The notes under the pieces are model-generated. The model was not told the origin of the DNA. It saw only the letters and a list, made by a program, of their open reading frames with translations, and searched no databases. The position numbers and the translations under genes are program-made. A stretch of 63,361 nt of DNA, counting the filler, from Anaerolineae bacterium (GTDB lineage Bacteria; Chloroflexota; Anaerolineae; Epilineales; Epilineaceae), in NCBI GenBank assembly GCA_029262755.1. It is 5 parts of 5 records of this genome, joined end to end, with 100 filler letters (N's around TTAATTAATTAA, not from the genome) between each part and the next. Parts side by side here need not be neighbours in the genome. Positions count along the whole stretch, not along the records: positions 1 to 17,807 come from JAJCYU010000182.1; 4 more parts are not named here. The stretch is one strand, 5' to 3'. This document shows, piece after piece, positions 1-10,600 of the stretch (position 1 is the first letter of the stretch; each line of letters opens with the position of its first letter).

Positions 1-1023
1 GCGCAGCCGTGGCAGGGGATCGCGGGAGCGTTCCAACGCGATCAGCTCATCATCCTTGTAGGACTGGTTGTCTTGGATGGAATGCCCCGACAGGCGGGGT
101 ACGACCAGGCGCAGCAAGACCGGGCCGTTGCCTTCACGCGCATGTCGGACGGCGCGGTCGATCATCGCGGCGGCGAGGGCGGGATCGGTGCCGTCTCCGT
201 CGAGGATTAGCAGACCGGTGAAGCCGGCCAGGTTGGCGGCGATGTTGGCGCCGGCCATCTGTTTGTGGCTGGGCACGGAGATCGCGTAGCCGTTGTCCTC
301 GATGAAAAAGACCATCGGCAGTCGCTCCGTCGCCGCGATGTTCAGCGCCGACCAGAATCCCGGTGTGGACGTCGAGCCCTCACCGCCCAGTGCGACCGCG
401 ATTGCGCCTTCCCACTCGGACTCGCCGAGCACCTCGCTGCGATAGCGAATGCCATGGGCCCAGCCGAGTGCAGGTGTGTATTGGGCGCCGACATCGCCGG
501 ACATCGGGAGGATCGTCTGGCGCCCTTGCGACGGCAGGGAGAACACGACGCCGATGTCGCGGCCACCATTCGGACCACCGGCTCGTGCCATCGAGGCTGC
601 GATGGCCTCCTCCGCAGAGAGACCCGCAGTGAGGACGAAGGGGCGCGAGCGATAGTAGACGCCGGCTGCATCCTTTGGATGATCCAAGGCCTGCCCCAAC
701 AAGACTTGGGCCAGATCATGCCCGCGCGCCGAGAACTGGTAGCGCACGAGACCGGCGGGAACGAGCTCCTGCTCTTCGATGTCGTCGATCGCGCGCGATA
801 GCAACATCGTGCTTGCCACCGCGGTCCAATCGACCTCGGGAACCGTGTCGTCGGACGTGGTGTCCTCGGGCGGGGCGTCGATGTCGGCTGGGAGCGCGTT
901 GTCGTTGCTGGCCGGGGCCGACTCGTTGCCGAGCGGGGCCGCGTGTTCGTCGGCCGTTTCGGCGGAAACGGGCGCGGAAGGTGCGTCGGAAGGCGAAGCC
1001 TGGGCGGAGGCGGGGCCGCTCAT
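1..1023 (-). CDS. TPP-dependent 2-oxoacid (branched-chain/pyruvate) dehydrogenase E1, alpha region of a probable alpha/beta fusion; 3' end runs off the window
   Basis: Not in the ORF track because there is no in-window stop. Manual minus-strand translation from ATG 1023 (AAGGAG RBS upstream) gives ...MLLSRAIDDIEE...YQFSARGHDLAQV...YYRSRP...GDVGAQY...LGGEGSTSTPGFWSALNIAATERLPMVFFIEDNGYAISVP...RLSGHSIQDNQSYK. This has the GEG...DN TPP-binding motif and the R-x-x-GHS loop of E1-alpha. Confidence 0.88.
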   Translation of the reverse strand, partial: MSGPASAQASPSDAPSAPVSAETADEHAAPLGNESAPASNDNALPADIDAPPEDTTSDDTVPEVDWTAVASTMLLSRAIDDIEEQELVPAGLVRYQFSARGHDLAQVLLGQALDHPKDAAGVYYRSRPFVLTAGLSAEEAIAASMARAGGPNGGRDIGVVFSLPSQGRQTILPMSGDVGAQYTPALGWAHGIRYRSEVLGESEWEGAIAVALGGEGSTSTPGFWSALNIAATERLPMVFFIEDNGYAISVPSHKQMAGANIAANLAGFTGLLILDGDGTDPALAAAMIDRAVRHAREGNGPVLLRLVVPRLSGHSIQDNQSYKDDELIALERSRDPLPRLR

Positions 1024-1311
1024 GCGGTGGCTCCTTCGAGAGACGAGAGGAAGATCGAGGTGCGACGTGCAGGTTGGCATGTTGCCGGACGGTACATACG
1101 TTGGCGACATTCCATCAGTACGGGTGTGGCCAGCGCTACTGTCTGTATCAAGCGCAAGGCAGGCGTCAGAGTGTATGCCACAGTGACAAGGATACGAAAG
1201 TGACGGGACGCCCGCGGGCACAGGCTTGATCGGGACCGGACAGCGCACGTGTTGGAGTTGCCTACGGGCGGCGGATTAGGGGCTGGGGCGCAGATGGCGG
1301 GGCGGGGCAAC

Positions 1312-1343
1312 GACAGAGACGGCCCCGCAGGGCCGTCTCTGTC
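1312..1343 (-). terminator. Stem-loop downstream of clpC (probable terminator)
   Basis: Perfect 14-bp inverted repeat GACAGAGACGGCCC-cgca-GGGCCGTCTCTGTC about 75 bp after the clpC stop; weak U-tract. Confidence 0.6.
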
Positions 1344-1419
1344 AACGTATGTCGTAGGCTAATTGGATGCACGGACGCGGAGTCCATATTGTCGTCACGG
1401 CGTCCCACCGGCCGATAGC

Positions 1420-4026
1420 CTAGCCCTCTGCGTTATCACCTGCAGAGGTTTCGGTTTCGGACTGCGAACGGCCACGCGGTAGCACGTCTTCCAGCGGAAT
1501 CGGCTCGGCCTCACGTCGATCGAAGCTCAGACGCTCGGCTGGGCGCGCGGATTCGCCCGCGCCTTCCTTGGCGGTGACAAGCACGCCGTCCAACTCGGAC
1601 TCCGGAATCGGCTCCACGTCCACGATGATCGTGTCGCCCAGCTCGTACTCGCCGGCGATGATGCGCTTGGAGAGCGGTGCTTCTACGTTCCGTTGGATGA
1701 CGCGCCGCAACGGGCGCGCTCCATAGGTCGGATGGTAACCCTCCAAGGCCAGCCAGGCGCGAGCCGCGTCCGTGATCTCGATCTGCAAACCCTTTTCCGC
1801 GATTCGACTGGAAAGCTCCGCAGCCTGGATCTGCACGATCTGCTCGATGTGCGCTGGCCGAAGTTGGTGGAAAACGATCACTTCGTCGATGCGGTTGAGG
1901 AACTCGGGTCGGAACGCGCGCTTCAATGCCTCGTTGACGTCCGTCGCGAAGCGCTCATCTGCTTCGTCGAGCATCGCGCCGCCGAAGCCGATGCTGCCGC
2001 CGCGGCCGGCCAACTGCGTACCGATGTTGGAGGTCATGATGATCACGGTATTGCGGAAGTCCACGACATGGCCCTGGCCGTCGGTCAGCCGGCCGTCGTC
2101 GAGTACCTGAAGCAACACGTTCCAGACCTCGGGGTGTGCCTTTTCAATCTCGTCGAACAGGATGACGCGGTACGGCCTTCGGCGAACGGCCTCGGTGAGC
2201 TGACCACCGTCCTCGAATCCCACGTATCCGGGCGGGGCGCCGACCAGGCGGCTCACCGTATGTCGCTCGCGGTACTCGCTCATGTCGATGCGCAGGAGCG
2301 CATCCTCGCTGTCGAACATAAAGGCCGCGAGGGCCTTGGCCAACTCCGTCTTGCCGACGCCTGTCGAGCCGAGGAAGATGAAGCTTCCGATCGGACGACG
2401 AGGATCCTTCAGACCGCTGCGCGAACGTCGAATCGCGTCGCCGACAGCGTTGATGGCGGCGTCCTGCCCGATGACACGCTCGTGCAAGTGTTCCTCGAGG
2501 TGCAACAGGCGATCTGCCTCCTGTTCGAGCATGCGGCTGACCGGAATGCCGGTCCAGCTGTGCACGACCTCCGCGATGTCCTCGTCATCGACGACCTCAT
2601 CAAGGTCGTTTTCCTCGCGCCAGGTTGCGACCGCGGCCTCGTGCTCGGTTTCGAGCTGAATACGCTGGCTCTTCACGCGCGCAGCACGCTCATAGTCGCG
2701 TGCTTGCCACGCTTCGTCCTCTTCGGATTTGAGTTGTTGGATCTCGACCGCCGCCCGACGGAGATCGGAAGGCATGGAGAACATGTCGATGCGCAGCTTG
2801 GCGGCCGCCTCGTCCATCAGATCGATGGCCTTATCGGGCAGCGACCGGCTCGTGACATAACGATGTGAGAGCTCGGCCGCGGCTTCGAGCGCCTCGTCCG
2901 TGATCTGTACCTGGTGGTGGTTCTCGTAGCGCTCGCGCAAGCCGCGCAGCATCTGAACCGCCTCGATGACGTTGGGTTGCTCCACCCAGATGGGGGCGAA
3001 ACGTCGCTCCAGCGCCCGATCTTTCTCGATATGTTGTCGGTACTCGTCGCTGGTCGTGGCGCCAATACATTGCACCTCGCCGCGGGCGAGAGCCGGCTTC
3101 ATGAGGTTGCTTGCGTCCATGGCGCCCTGCGCCGCGCCGGCGCCGACGACGTTGTGCAGCTCGTCGATGAAGACCACGACCCGCCCTTCGGCGTTGCGGA
3201 TCTCCTCCAGCACGGCCTTGAGGCGCTCCTCAAACTCGCCGCGGAACTTGCTGCCGGCCACCATCGCGCCCAGATCGAGCTCGATCAGGCGACGGTCGAG
3301 CATGAGCTCGGGCACGTCACCTTCGACAATCATGCGGGCGAGGCCCTCGACGACGGCCGTCTTGCCGACGCCTGGGTCGCCGATGAGCACGGGATTGTTC
3401 TTGGTGCGACGCATGAGGACGCGCATCAAGCGCATCGTCTCTTCCGTGCGGCCGATCACGGGGTCGAGCTTACCCTCCCGCGCCAACGCGGTGAGATCGC
3501 GGCCGTACTTCTCAAGGACGCGGAAACGAGACTCGGCGCGCGGATCCGTGACCTTCTGCCCGGCGCGCAACTCGTCAATGGCCATCCGGATGTCGTCTTT
3601 GTCAACGCCCGCTTCCGAGAGCAGCCGAGCCGCATGACCGCGCTGTTCGCTGGCGATGGCCAACAGGATGTGTTCGGTTGAGATGTATTGGTCGCCCAAG
3701 CTCTCCGCTTCACCGAGGGCTACCTGGCCCAGTCGCTGGATGCGCGGCGTCACGTAGATCTGACCTGGGTTTCCGGATCGACCCGGTACGTGGAGCTTTC
3801 GGTTGTTCGCAAGGTGCTCGTCGAGTTGCATGGCAAGGAGATCGGTCTTGACGCCGAGCATCTCTTCAAAGATCTCGGTGGCCAAGCCGTCCGGTTGCTC
3901 GAGCAGCGCGAGAAACACGTGCTCGGTATCCATCTGGTTGTGCCCGTAGCGCATTAGGATTTCTTGCGATCGGGCGATCACGTCTTGCGCACGCTCGGTG
4001 AATCGGTCGAACGGCATCATGTGCAT
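1420..4026 (-). CDS. clpC: ATP-dependent Clp protease ATP-binding subunit ClpC
   Basis: Clp_N repeats (FDRFTERAQ..., DTEH), two AAA+ modules ([18 protein letters not shown]), a short UVR-type middle domain ([18 protein letters not shown]) and an IGF ClpP-docking loop (GSIGFGG). Start placed at MHMMPF after a GAGGAG RBS. Confidence 0.93.
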   Translation of the reverse strand: MHMMPFDRFTERAQDVIARSQEILMRYGHNQMDTEHVFLALLEQPDGLATEIFEEMLGVKTDLLAMQLDEHLANNRKLHVPGRSGNPGQIYVTPRIQRLGQVALGEAESLGDQYISTEHILLAIASEQRGHAARLLSEAGVDKDDIRMAIDELRAGQKVTDPRAESRFRVLEKYGRDLTALAREGKLDPVIGRTEETMRLMRVLMRRTKNNPVLIGDPGVGKTAVVEGLARMIVEGDVPELMLDRRLIELDLGAMVAGSKFRGEFEERLKAVLEEIRNAEGRVVVFIDELHNVVGAGAAQGAMDASNLMKPALARGEVQCIGATTSDEYRQHIEKDRALERRFAPIWVEQPNVIEAVQMLRGLRERYENHHQVQITDEALEAAAELSHRYVTSRSLPDKAIDLMDEAAAKLRIDMFSMPSDLRRAAVEIQQLKSEEDEAWQARDYERAARVKSQRIQLETEHEAAVATWREENDLDEVVDDEDIAEVVHSWTGIPVSRMLEQEADRLLHLEEHLHERVIGQDAAINAVGDAIRRSRSGLKDPRRPIGSFIFLGSTGVGKTELAKALAAFMFDSEDALLRIDMSEYRERHTVSRLVGAPPGYVGFEDGGQLTEAVRRRPYRVILFDEIEKAHPEVWNVLLQVLDDGRLTDGQGHVVDFRNTVIIMTSNIGTQLAGRGGSIGFGGAMLDEADERFATDVNEALKRAFRPEFLNRIDEVIVFHQLRPAHIEQIVQIQAAELSSRIAEKGLQIEITDAARAWLALEGYHPTYGARPLRRVIQRNVEAPLSKRIIAGEYELGDTIIVDVEPIPESELDGVLVTAKEGAGESARPAERLSFDRREAEPIPLEDVLPRGRSQSETETSAGDNAEG

Positions 4027-4231
4027 TCTCTCCTCTCGCGTGAAGCGAGCATGCGCTGAGTATAGGTCCCGGTCCGAGGCGCAACAATCAAGTTTCGGGC
4101 CCGATCCGTAGGACGTTTGATAGAGCGGGCGGGCAACGATCAAATCCAACGGTCCGGGCCGATGCCTCTCTACCGTGTGTCTCGCGTCCGACCGTAACGT
4201 CGCGCGGCCTCGCTACGTCTTTCATCGCGAC

Positions 4232-7033
4232 ATGCAACCCCCCACCCCCCCTTGGCTGATCGCCCGAGCGTCCACGTCTGGAAGCCGGCCGAGAGGTCCG
4301 CTCGGTTTGGCGGTCCTCTGCGCGCTGGTCTTGGCGGCGTTGGCGATACCGCGCGGGCCGGCATCGCCCCCCGTCGGCGCCCAGGCTTGTCCCCCCTACT
4401 GCGACACGCCCGTGATTACGCCGGCCTGGCACGTCCACATGTGTGACGAGCCGTATCAGGCGCAGTTGGACGACAATCACTGCATGATCGGCAAGGGCGT
4501 CACGGAGTTTCCCGCCGGCACGGATCGCGTCTACATCATCTACTGCCATCAACGCAACGACACGGTCCAGGTCTTTATCCGAGACGCAGGCGGTGGTTTG
4601 CAGTACACGAACCATCCCGACGGCCTGACCTACGCCGGCAGCGCCTGCGAGACGATGGTCTACAGTGAGCGCAACGGGATCGCTCCCGGCGGCAGCCCCT
4701 ACTACACGTCGATGTATTGGCCGGAAGGGCCATTCTCCGGCGTTGGTGCGGGGATTGAATGGTACGTGGGCCTGTTTATCGCCTGGGACGCCGATTTCTA
4801 CTACGGGCCCGAGGCATTGGGACGAATCACGGCGCGCGATCCGGCGGCCAACCTCGACTCTTCGGTGCGCGAGACCATCACGGTCAAGATCACAAGCGAT
4901 AGTGATCCCGTCGGATTCCTCGTCGACCTGCGCGAGGATGTGGCCAGCCTGCCCTTGTTCAGCTCCATAGAGCCCATCCGATTCTCCGAAACCGAGACCG
5001 ACGCGGCGGCGCAGCGCATCTTCGTGGCGCCGCACGATGAGATCCACGTCGCCTACTGCCCGCGGGATTGCCAGACCGCCTATGAGGACTCCGCCGTTTG
5101 GCTGTCGATCAACGCCACGGTCACCCCGACCGCGCTCCCCACGTATTCCGGGCCTCCGCCGACCCCGACCGCGACCCCGCCCCCGGAGCTGCGTGTCGAG
5201 TACGTGACGCTACGTCCCGCACCTGCAGATGTGGGCTATGTCCCGGAGAAGTCGGCCAACAAGAGCCGCGTCAACCACCTGGGCTATCCGTCGATGTACG
5301 TAGGGATGTGGACGCGCGGCGACAACCAGCATTTTGGGATGGTCCAGTTTGATCTGGAGACGATTCCGGGCGACGCCAATATCATCGATGCGCGTCTCGA
5401 ACTGGATGGGCAGAGCTCGGACTTTACGGACGCGGGCCGTTGGCGCGTCCAGCTGCTCGATGCATCGATGGACGTCGGGTGGCGCGAGGCGACGTTCGAG
5501 GATGTGCGTGGCGCGCCGGTGTTGGGCCGGATCGGCGCGGAGCTGACCGAAGCCGCGCTTGTAGCGGGGCGCACGAACTCCTTCGGTTTCGATCTTGGAC
5601 AGCTGCCCTGGCTTGATGCGCGCCTACGCGGAACGCGGCGCGCGTCGTTCCGCGTCGACGGCCCATCCGGCGAGGACAACAACCTGTTCGCGTGGCACAC
5701 GGGTGTCGATGTGTACGGTCGCGAGAGCGAGCCGCCGGACCCCGCACGTGGGCCGCGCCTCGTGCTCGGCTACACCCGTGCGTTGCCGACACCCACGCCG
5801 GGTGGCCCGCCCAGCCCCACGTTGCCGCCGCCCGCGAGCGCCACACCGCGGCCGACGTTGGCGCCGAGCGCCACGCTACCGGCGTCCGGCGCAACGCCCA
5901 CCGGCGGCGTCGCGACGGCCACGGTCCGGCCGAGCGCTACGAGCGGGCCGGGCACGCCTTCGTCCACGCCGGATCGACCGTTGACCGCGACGTCCACGTC
6001 GATCGCAACGGCGGCAGCAACGGCGACAGCGCTCGGCGGTGGCTCCGGGAGCCCGACTGCAGGCGCGGGTACGCCGAGCGCGACGGCGCCGTCCGGCACG
6101 GCCTCGCAGACGCCCGTCTCAACCTCGGTCCCTGTCGGAACGGCGACGGATGCGAGTCCCATCACCGCAACGCCCGATACGCCCGGTCAAACGGCGGTGC
6201 CTTCCGCGTCGCCGGTTGGGACGTCCGAGGCAACCATCACGCCCGTGCCCGGTGGCACAGGAGGGCGGCAGGTCTGCGTCATTGCATTCGAGGACGCAGA
6301 TGGCGACACCGTCCGCAACGAGGGCGAACGATTCCTTGCCGGCGTGACGGTCCGGTTGCGGCACGAGGACAGCGGCGCCTTCGTCACGTGGACGACGGAT
6401 GGCGCCAACGATCCCGACTTCTGTTGGGCCGGCCTCGCGGACGGAACCTACAGCTTGCGCCTGATGGAGTTGCCTCGAGACTTCGCCGCATCCGGCGCAG
6501 CGGAATTCCGCGTCGAGGTGCCGCTGACCGTCGGCAGCGTGACCTACGCGTTTGGGGCGCGACCGGCCGGCGTGCCCACGGCGACGCCGACAGCGCGTGT
6601 GACGAGCACACCGCGAAGCACGGAGACGCCGACCCGAAGGCCCACGCCGCGGGCTACATCGACCCCAACCGCGCAGCCGACGGTGGTCGGTCCGAGCGGC
6701 GAAGTTTGCGTGACCGTGTGGCACGACCGTGACGGCAGTGGCTTTCATGATCCCGGAGAGCGACTCGTGGCTGACCTGCGGGTCGAGATTGCGAGCCAAC
6801 CGGATGGCGAGGCCAAGCGCGCGGTGCTCACGCGGGCCGACGAGGCCGTATGCAGTCGTCTTCCGACGGGGGTTTGGCACGTACGACTCGAAGATCCGAC
6901 CCCGTGGCGGATTCGTGGCGACGCGGCCAGCGCCGTCCTATTGCCGGAGGGTGCACGCGCTGATGTTTCGTTTGCCGTGGAACCATCTGATCACCGAATC
7001 GCGCTCCCGTTCGCACTGAGTAGCGGGCGTTGA
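4232..7033 (+). CDS. Large secreted protein: N-terminal Ig-like domain, DNRLRE/CBM96-like domain, Pro/Thr linkers, two SdrD-B/prealbumin-like domains, C-terminal IALP motif
   Basis: Hydrophobic signal peptide; 'VQFDLETIPGDANIIDARLEL' typical of DNRLRE-like domains; 'AFEDADGDTVRNEGERFLAGVTVRL' and 'VWHDRDGSGFHDPGE' typical of SdrD-B-like domains; ends HRIALPFALSSGR. Start uncertain (4175 or 4232). Confidence 0.75.
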   Translation: MQPPTPPWLIARASTSGSRPRGPLGLAVLCALVLAALAIPRGPASPPVGAQACPPYCDTPVITPAWHVHMCDEPYQAQLDDNHCMIGKGVTEFPAGTDRVYIIYCHQRNDTVQVFIRDAGGGLQYTNHPDGLTYAGSACETMVYSERNGIAPGGSPYYTSMYWPEGPFSGVGAGIEWYVGLFIAWDADFYYGPEALGRITARDPAANLDSSVRETITVKITSDSDPVGFLVDLREDVASLPLFSSIEPIRFSETETDAAAQRIFVAPHDEIHVAYCPRDCQTAYEDSAVWLSINATVTPTALPTYSGPPPTPTATPPPELRVEYVTLRPAPADVGYVPEKSANKSRVNHLGYPSMYVGMWTRGDNQHFGMVQFDLETIPGDANIIDARLELDGQSSDFTDAGRWRVQLLDASMDVGWREATFEDVRGAPVLGRIGAELTEAALVAGRTNSFGFDLGQLPWLDARLRGTRRASFRVDGPSGEDNNLFAWHTGVDVYGRESEPPDPARGPRLVLGYTRALPTPTPGGPPSPTLPPPASATPRPTLAPSATLPASGATPTGGVATATVRPSATSGPGTPSSTPDRPLTATSTSIATAAATATALGGGSGSPTAGAGTPSATAPSGTASQTPVSTSVPVGTATDASPITATPDTPGQTAVPSASPVGTSEATITPVPGGTGGRQVCVIAFEDADGDTVRNEGERFLAGVTVRLRHEDSGAFVTWTTDGANDPDFCWAGLADGTYSLRLMELPRDFAASGAAEFRVEVPLTVGSVTYAFGARPAGVPTATPTARVTSTPRSTETPTRRPTPRATSTPTAQPTVVGPSGEVCVTVWHDRDGSGFHDPGERLVADLRVEIASQPDGEAKRAVLTRADEAVCSRLPTGVWHVRLEDPTPWRIRGDAASAVLLPEGARADVSFAVEPSDHRIALPFALSSGR

Positions 7034-7219
7034 GCAGCCGTGGTGCGGTGCCGAATCCGGCGAGTATGCAGCACATGTTGGAGTCCGGCGCTTGTTCCGG
7101 TCGCGACCTGCGCTAGACTTTCGCGCCGTATGTCCCCCGCTACCCCTAAGCGCCGTTGCCCCGCGGCGACTGATCCCGATAGCCGCACGCGGTCGGGAAT
7201 GAAAGCCCGGAGGAATGCC

Positions 7220-8086
7220 GTGATCGCTTCGACCCACGTTCGCAATGCGCCCTATGCGCTCAGCGTGCTCACGCTTGCCTTGACGCTCGGGATCGCTCAT
7301 CACCGAGCGCCCGCGGCTACGGCCGATCTGTCCGATCTCAACTCGGCCGGCGTGACGGACCTTGCGCTCAGCCCGATCGGCGGGGGCGGCGGTCCGCGCG
7401 ACACGTTTGCGCCCGGGACGGAAGAAGTCGTCGCGTCGTTCCGCTACGAAGAAACGGAGCGCACACGCATCGCGGTGGTGGTGAAGTCGCGCGGCGGCAT
7501 CGTCTGCTTTCGGTCCGAAGACCGATATAGCGGTGCCGGGGTTGCGCAAATCACGTTGAGCGGTTCGGCGATGGCACCCGCGCTGATCGGCGCGATCGAC
7601 GGCGCCGCTCGCGAAGCGCGGCGGAATGCGGATCGAGCCGCCGACCCGGCGCGACAGGCTGGAACCCATGAGTACTTACTCTCCGTGCAGGCTGGATTGT
7701 TACGGGTGGGCTTCGCCGCGGAGACGTTGGTCGGCAGCAACCTTCCGGATGAGACCAGGACTCGGTTGGACGATCTGGATCGATTGCGCGAAGAAGCAAC
7801 GCGCCTCATTGAGCGCGCGGTCGGCCTACCTGCCGTGGAGCTCGATCAAAAGAAGAGCTTGGCGGGGCAGGCCGCGGATCGCTTGGGTAGCGTGGTCCTG
7901 ATCGCGGGCGAGTTGATCACGGTGATCGCGCAGATCGATAACCTCGCGATCCCAACCACGGGCTCGGGTGAGCAGGACGGATACGTCGTGCAGTTGGAGG
8001 TGGAGGGCGATGTAGCCGCGAGCATCGACCTCTGGGTCGCAGGCAATGATGCGATCTACTTGCCCTTTGGTGAGCTCGGTCGCTGA
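7220..8086 (+). CDS. Secreted protein, Ig-like domain with helical insert, C-terminal IYLP motif
   Basis: GTG start after GGAGG; signal peptide; ends AIYLPFGELGR; paralogous to neighbouring genes. Confidence 0.75.
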   Translation: MIASTHVRNAPYALSVLTLALTLGIAHHRAPAATADLSDLNSAGVTDLALSPIGGGGGPRDTFAPGTEEVVASFRYEETERTRIAVVVKSRGGIVCFRSEDRYSGAGVAQITLSGSAMAPALIGAIDGAAREARRNADRAADPARQAGTHEYLLSVQAGLLRVGFAAETLVGSNLPDETRTRLDDLDRLREEATRLIERAVGLPAVELDQKKSLAGQAADRLGSVVLIAGELITVIAQIDNLAIPTTGSGEQDGYVVQLEVEGDVAASIDLWVAGNDAIYLPFGELGR

Positions 8087-8142
8087 TCAGCCGCTGCAGC
8101 CCGTACATTGGCCCGTGAATCCTGGCGGCCACGCCTCGCTCC

Positions 8143-8193
8143 TGGTATACTGAACGTTGGTCTCGCCGTAGGGGCTCGCCCCGAGCGAGACCA
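8143..8193 (+). promoter_or_regulatory. Putative extended -10 promoter followed by a 5' hairpin
   Basis: TGgTATACT at 8143-8151, then the inverted repeat TGGTCTCGC...GCGAGACCA at 8158-8193, upstream of the 8333-12580 gene run. Confidence 0.45.
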
Positions 8194-8332
8194 TCGCTTT
8201 GCCTCTTACACGGGGCTCAGAAACGCCTCAGACCGCCATCACCGCCGGACCCGAGACTGCCGCAGTACTCGCGGCGCCGCACGCTGAGCGTGCGGACGTC
8301 TCCGCCGTCGATTGAGCCAGGAGATTCAGCAA

Positions 8333-9031
8333 ATGCGCCTCACCCACGTTCCCCGCACCGCCCGATGGACAATTCGTTTGGCCGTCCTCGCGTTGGCGGC
8401 GATCGTTTGTTTCGATGCCGTATCCGTGTCGGCGCAACCGGCCAAGGTGGTTGGTGGCCTACGAATCGGCGATGATGCCGGCACGCCGATCGGTGTCGTG
8501 CCCGACGCCGGCCCGGGAGAGAAGGTGTTCCGGCTCGAGTCCGGTCTCACCGAGTTCTCCGCCTGGCTCGACTATGAAGGTACGAGCCTGACTCCGGTAA
8601 GCGTTCGCCTGATGGCGCCTCAGGGCGTCATCCTCGATCAGCAACAACGCGATCTCGAGGTCAAGGGAGCGGAGCGGTTCGATTTCGAGTTCGATCCGCC
8701 CTTGAATGATGACGAGTACGTCGTCAACGTGTACGTCGGCGATCAGAGTTATCTCGCGGACAGCTTGCAGCTGCTCGTGGGAGAAGCGCAGTTGATTCCC
8801 GCGGATAACGAGAGAATTGCTGAGGTTCAGATCGATCCGGATGCAGCGCCCGGCTCGGTGGAGGCCGGTAACACGGGTTCATTGGAAGCCGGGGTGCCTC
8901 CGTCCGCGTCCGTGGGTGCTGACTCTCCGCTAGGCCCATCGCCCCTGCTGTTGGTCTTGGCGGGACTCGGTGTTCTTGGGCTCTTGGGTGTCGTCGTATG
9001 GGCAGGCATGTCCGCCATGAGCGCGCGCTAA
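8333..9031 (+). CDS. Secreted Ig-like domain protein with C-terminal TM anchor
   Basis: AGGAG RBS; signal peptide (VSVSA|Q); C-terminal hydrophobic helix GPSPLLLVLAGLGVLGLLGVVVW. Confidence 0.8.
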   Translation: MRLTHVPRTARWTIRLAVLALAAIVCFDAVSVSAQPAKVVGGLRIGDDAGTPIGVVPDAGPGEKVFRLESGLTEFSAWLDYEGTSLTPVSVRLMAPQGVILDQQQRDLEVKGAERFDFEFDPPLNDDEYVVNVYVGDQSYLADSLQLLVGEAQLIPADNERIAEVQIDPDAAPGSVEAGNTGSLEAGVPPSASVGADSPLGPSPLLLVLAGLGVLGLLGVVVWAGMSAMSAR

Positions 9032-9045
9032 CGTTGGAGAAGATC

Positions 9046-10497
9046 ATGAGTCACATTCACCTCGCGATTAACCGCAGCCTCCAACGTCCCTGGCGCGCAT
9101 GTTTGGCGATGGGACTCGGCCTCGCGCTGACCCTGGCTGTCGCCGCTCCCTCTGTGGTGTCGGCCATCACCAAGATCAGCGAAGTACGGGTGGCCGCCGA
9201 CGAAGATGGTACGAGAGCCGGAGAGACCTACTTCGCGAATGCAGGCGATCGCGCCGTCCACGTGCTCTTCGAGTACACCGGTGCGTCGAGAAACACGCGG
9301 ATCGCGGTACAGATCATCGGTTCGAGCATCGAGCTGTTCCGTGACGAGCAACGCTTTGAAGGTGATGGCACCGCTACCGTGGAGATTTCGGGCGACGCCA
9401 TGTATTCCTCCATCGCCGACTCGCTGACGGAACGGGCCGCTGTAATCCGTGCGGCGAGCAACCAGATTCAAAGAGCTACGGTAAGCGCCGGCCAGCTGGA
9501 CAACGATCTCAGCACGATGATCGGCAGCGCGAACCAAAGCACCATCATGGTGCCGCTGTTGGAGACGATCGACGATCAGTCGATGCGCGAGGAGATCGGC
9601 CAACTCGACAAGATCTTGGGTAGGCTGAGCGCGGTGCTGGAAGATACCCGCGACGTTCCCTTTGACGATGTCCAGCAGCGCCAGGCGGAACTCGCTAACG
9701 CGAGCGCGGATGTAGAGGAACTCGAGCAACGCGCCGAAGCGGTCAGCGATGCCGTCGCCCAGCTAAGCGATCTGCCGCTGCCCATGATGGGGCCGCAGTG
9801 GAGCTACGACGTGTCGGTACGGGTGTCGGAAGGCAGCCAGCAGGACATTGGCGCCGGCGATGCGTTCTTCTACGTCGTGGAGGGTAACGAAACTCGAACC
9901 GGCTCCGGAGATGCCGGCAGCGATGCCGGCGGCAAGCCGACCGCTACGCGACGCCCGATTATCGGCGAGGGTAGCACGGCACGATCAACGCGTACTCCGG
10001 TGCCTACCTCCGCCGCGTCCGGGAGCGGCTCCGGGACCGAAACGTCCGGCAGCCAAGAATCCGGAGATGGCGGCACGGAGGACGAGACCGAGAAGGCAAC
10101 TCCGCTCAGCCTCGCCGCGCGCGCGACCGCGACCGCGGCCGCCCGCTCGAAGGTGAGCGCGGGGCGTGAAGAGGGGGCGACGGCAGCGCCCGATGAGCCG
10201 GACACCGCGGCGCCGACGCCGAGGCAGGCGTCGGAAGACTCCACGGAGCCGACCGATGCAGCCCCGACGCCTGTTCGCGTGTCGGAATCGGCCGGCGCCT
10301 CGGAATCGCTCGGCGGTGAAGAGGCAGGCGAGAGCGCGCCGCCGACATGGACCCCCGCCTCGGATGGCTCCGGTCCATCCGGCTCGGGACAGGACGTTGT
10401 CGCGGAGGAAACCAACAAGGGTCCAAACAGGCTTGCCCTGTTGCTCGGCGTTCTGGTGTTGGCCGGGGCTGGAGTTTGGTTCCGCCGCCGAATGTAG
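9046..10497 (+). CDS. Secreted protein: Ig-like domain with helical-bundle insert, Ser/Thr/Glu-rich linker, C-terminal TM anchor with basic tail
   Basis: GGAG RBS; signal peptide; ends GPNRLALLLGVLVLAGAGVWFRRRM. Confidence 0.8.
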   Translation: MSHIHLAINRSLQRPWRACLAMGLGLALTLAVAAPSVVSAITKISEVRVAADEDGTRAGETYFANAGDRAVHVLFEYTGASRNTRIAVQIIGSSIELFRDEQRFEGDGTATVEISGDAMYSSIADSLTERAAVIRAASNQIQRATVSAGQLDNDLSTMIGSANQSTIMVPLLETIDDQSMREEIGQLDKILGRLSAVLEDTRDVPFDDVQQRQAELANASADVEELEQRAEAVSDAVAQLSDLPLPMMGPQWSYDVSVRVSEGSQQDIGAGDAFFYVVEGNETRTGSGDAGSDAGGKPTATRRPIIGEGSTARSTRTPVPTSAASGSGSGTETSGSQESGDGGTEDETEKATPLSLAARATATAAARSKVSAGREEGATAAPDEPDTAAPTPRQASEDSTEPTDAAPTPVRVSESAGASESLGGEEAGESAPPTWTPASDGSGPSGSGQDVVAEETNKGPNRLALLLGVLVLAGAGVWFRRRM

Positions 10498-10600
10498 GCT
10501 TCGACCTACTGTGGTGACGCGCTGCGATGGGATGCGCGCGTCATGAACCTATATGCAGTATCGATTGCCCTTCCCCCCCAAACGTACCAAGGAGAACTCT

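Noticed and set aside
1693..3681. Long plus-strand ORFs opposite clpC, and similar shadow ORFs such as 57108-59219, 20241-21569, 49388-51109 and 43104-45086
   Set aside because: Antisense or alternate-frame shadows expected in high-GC coding DNA; they overlap well-supported genes and show no motifs.
4027..4231. Heat-shock operator (CIRCE or CtsR box) upstream of clpC
   Set aside because: No TTAGCACTC-N9-GAGTGCTAA or CtsR heptad repeat is visible.
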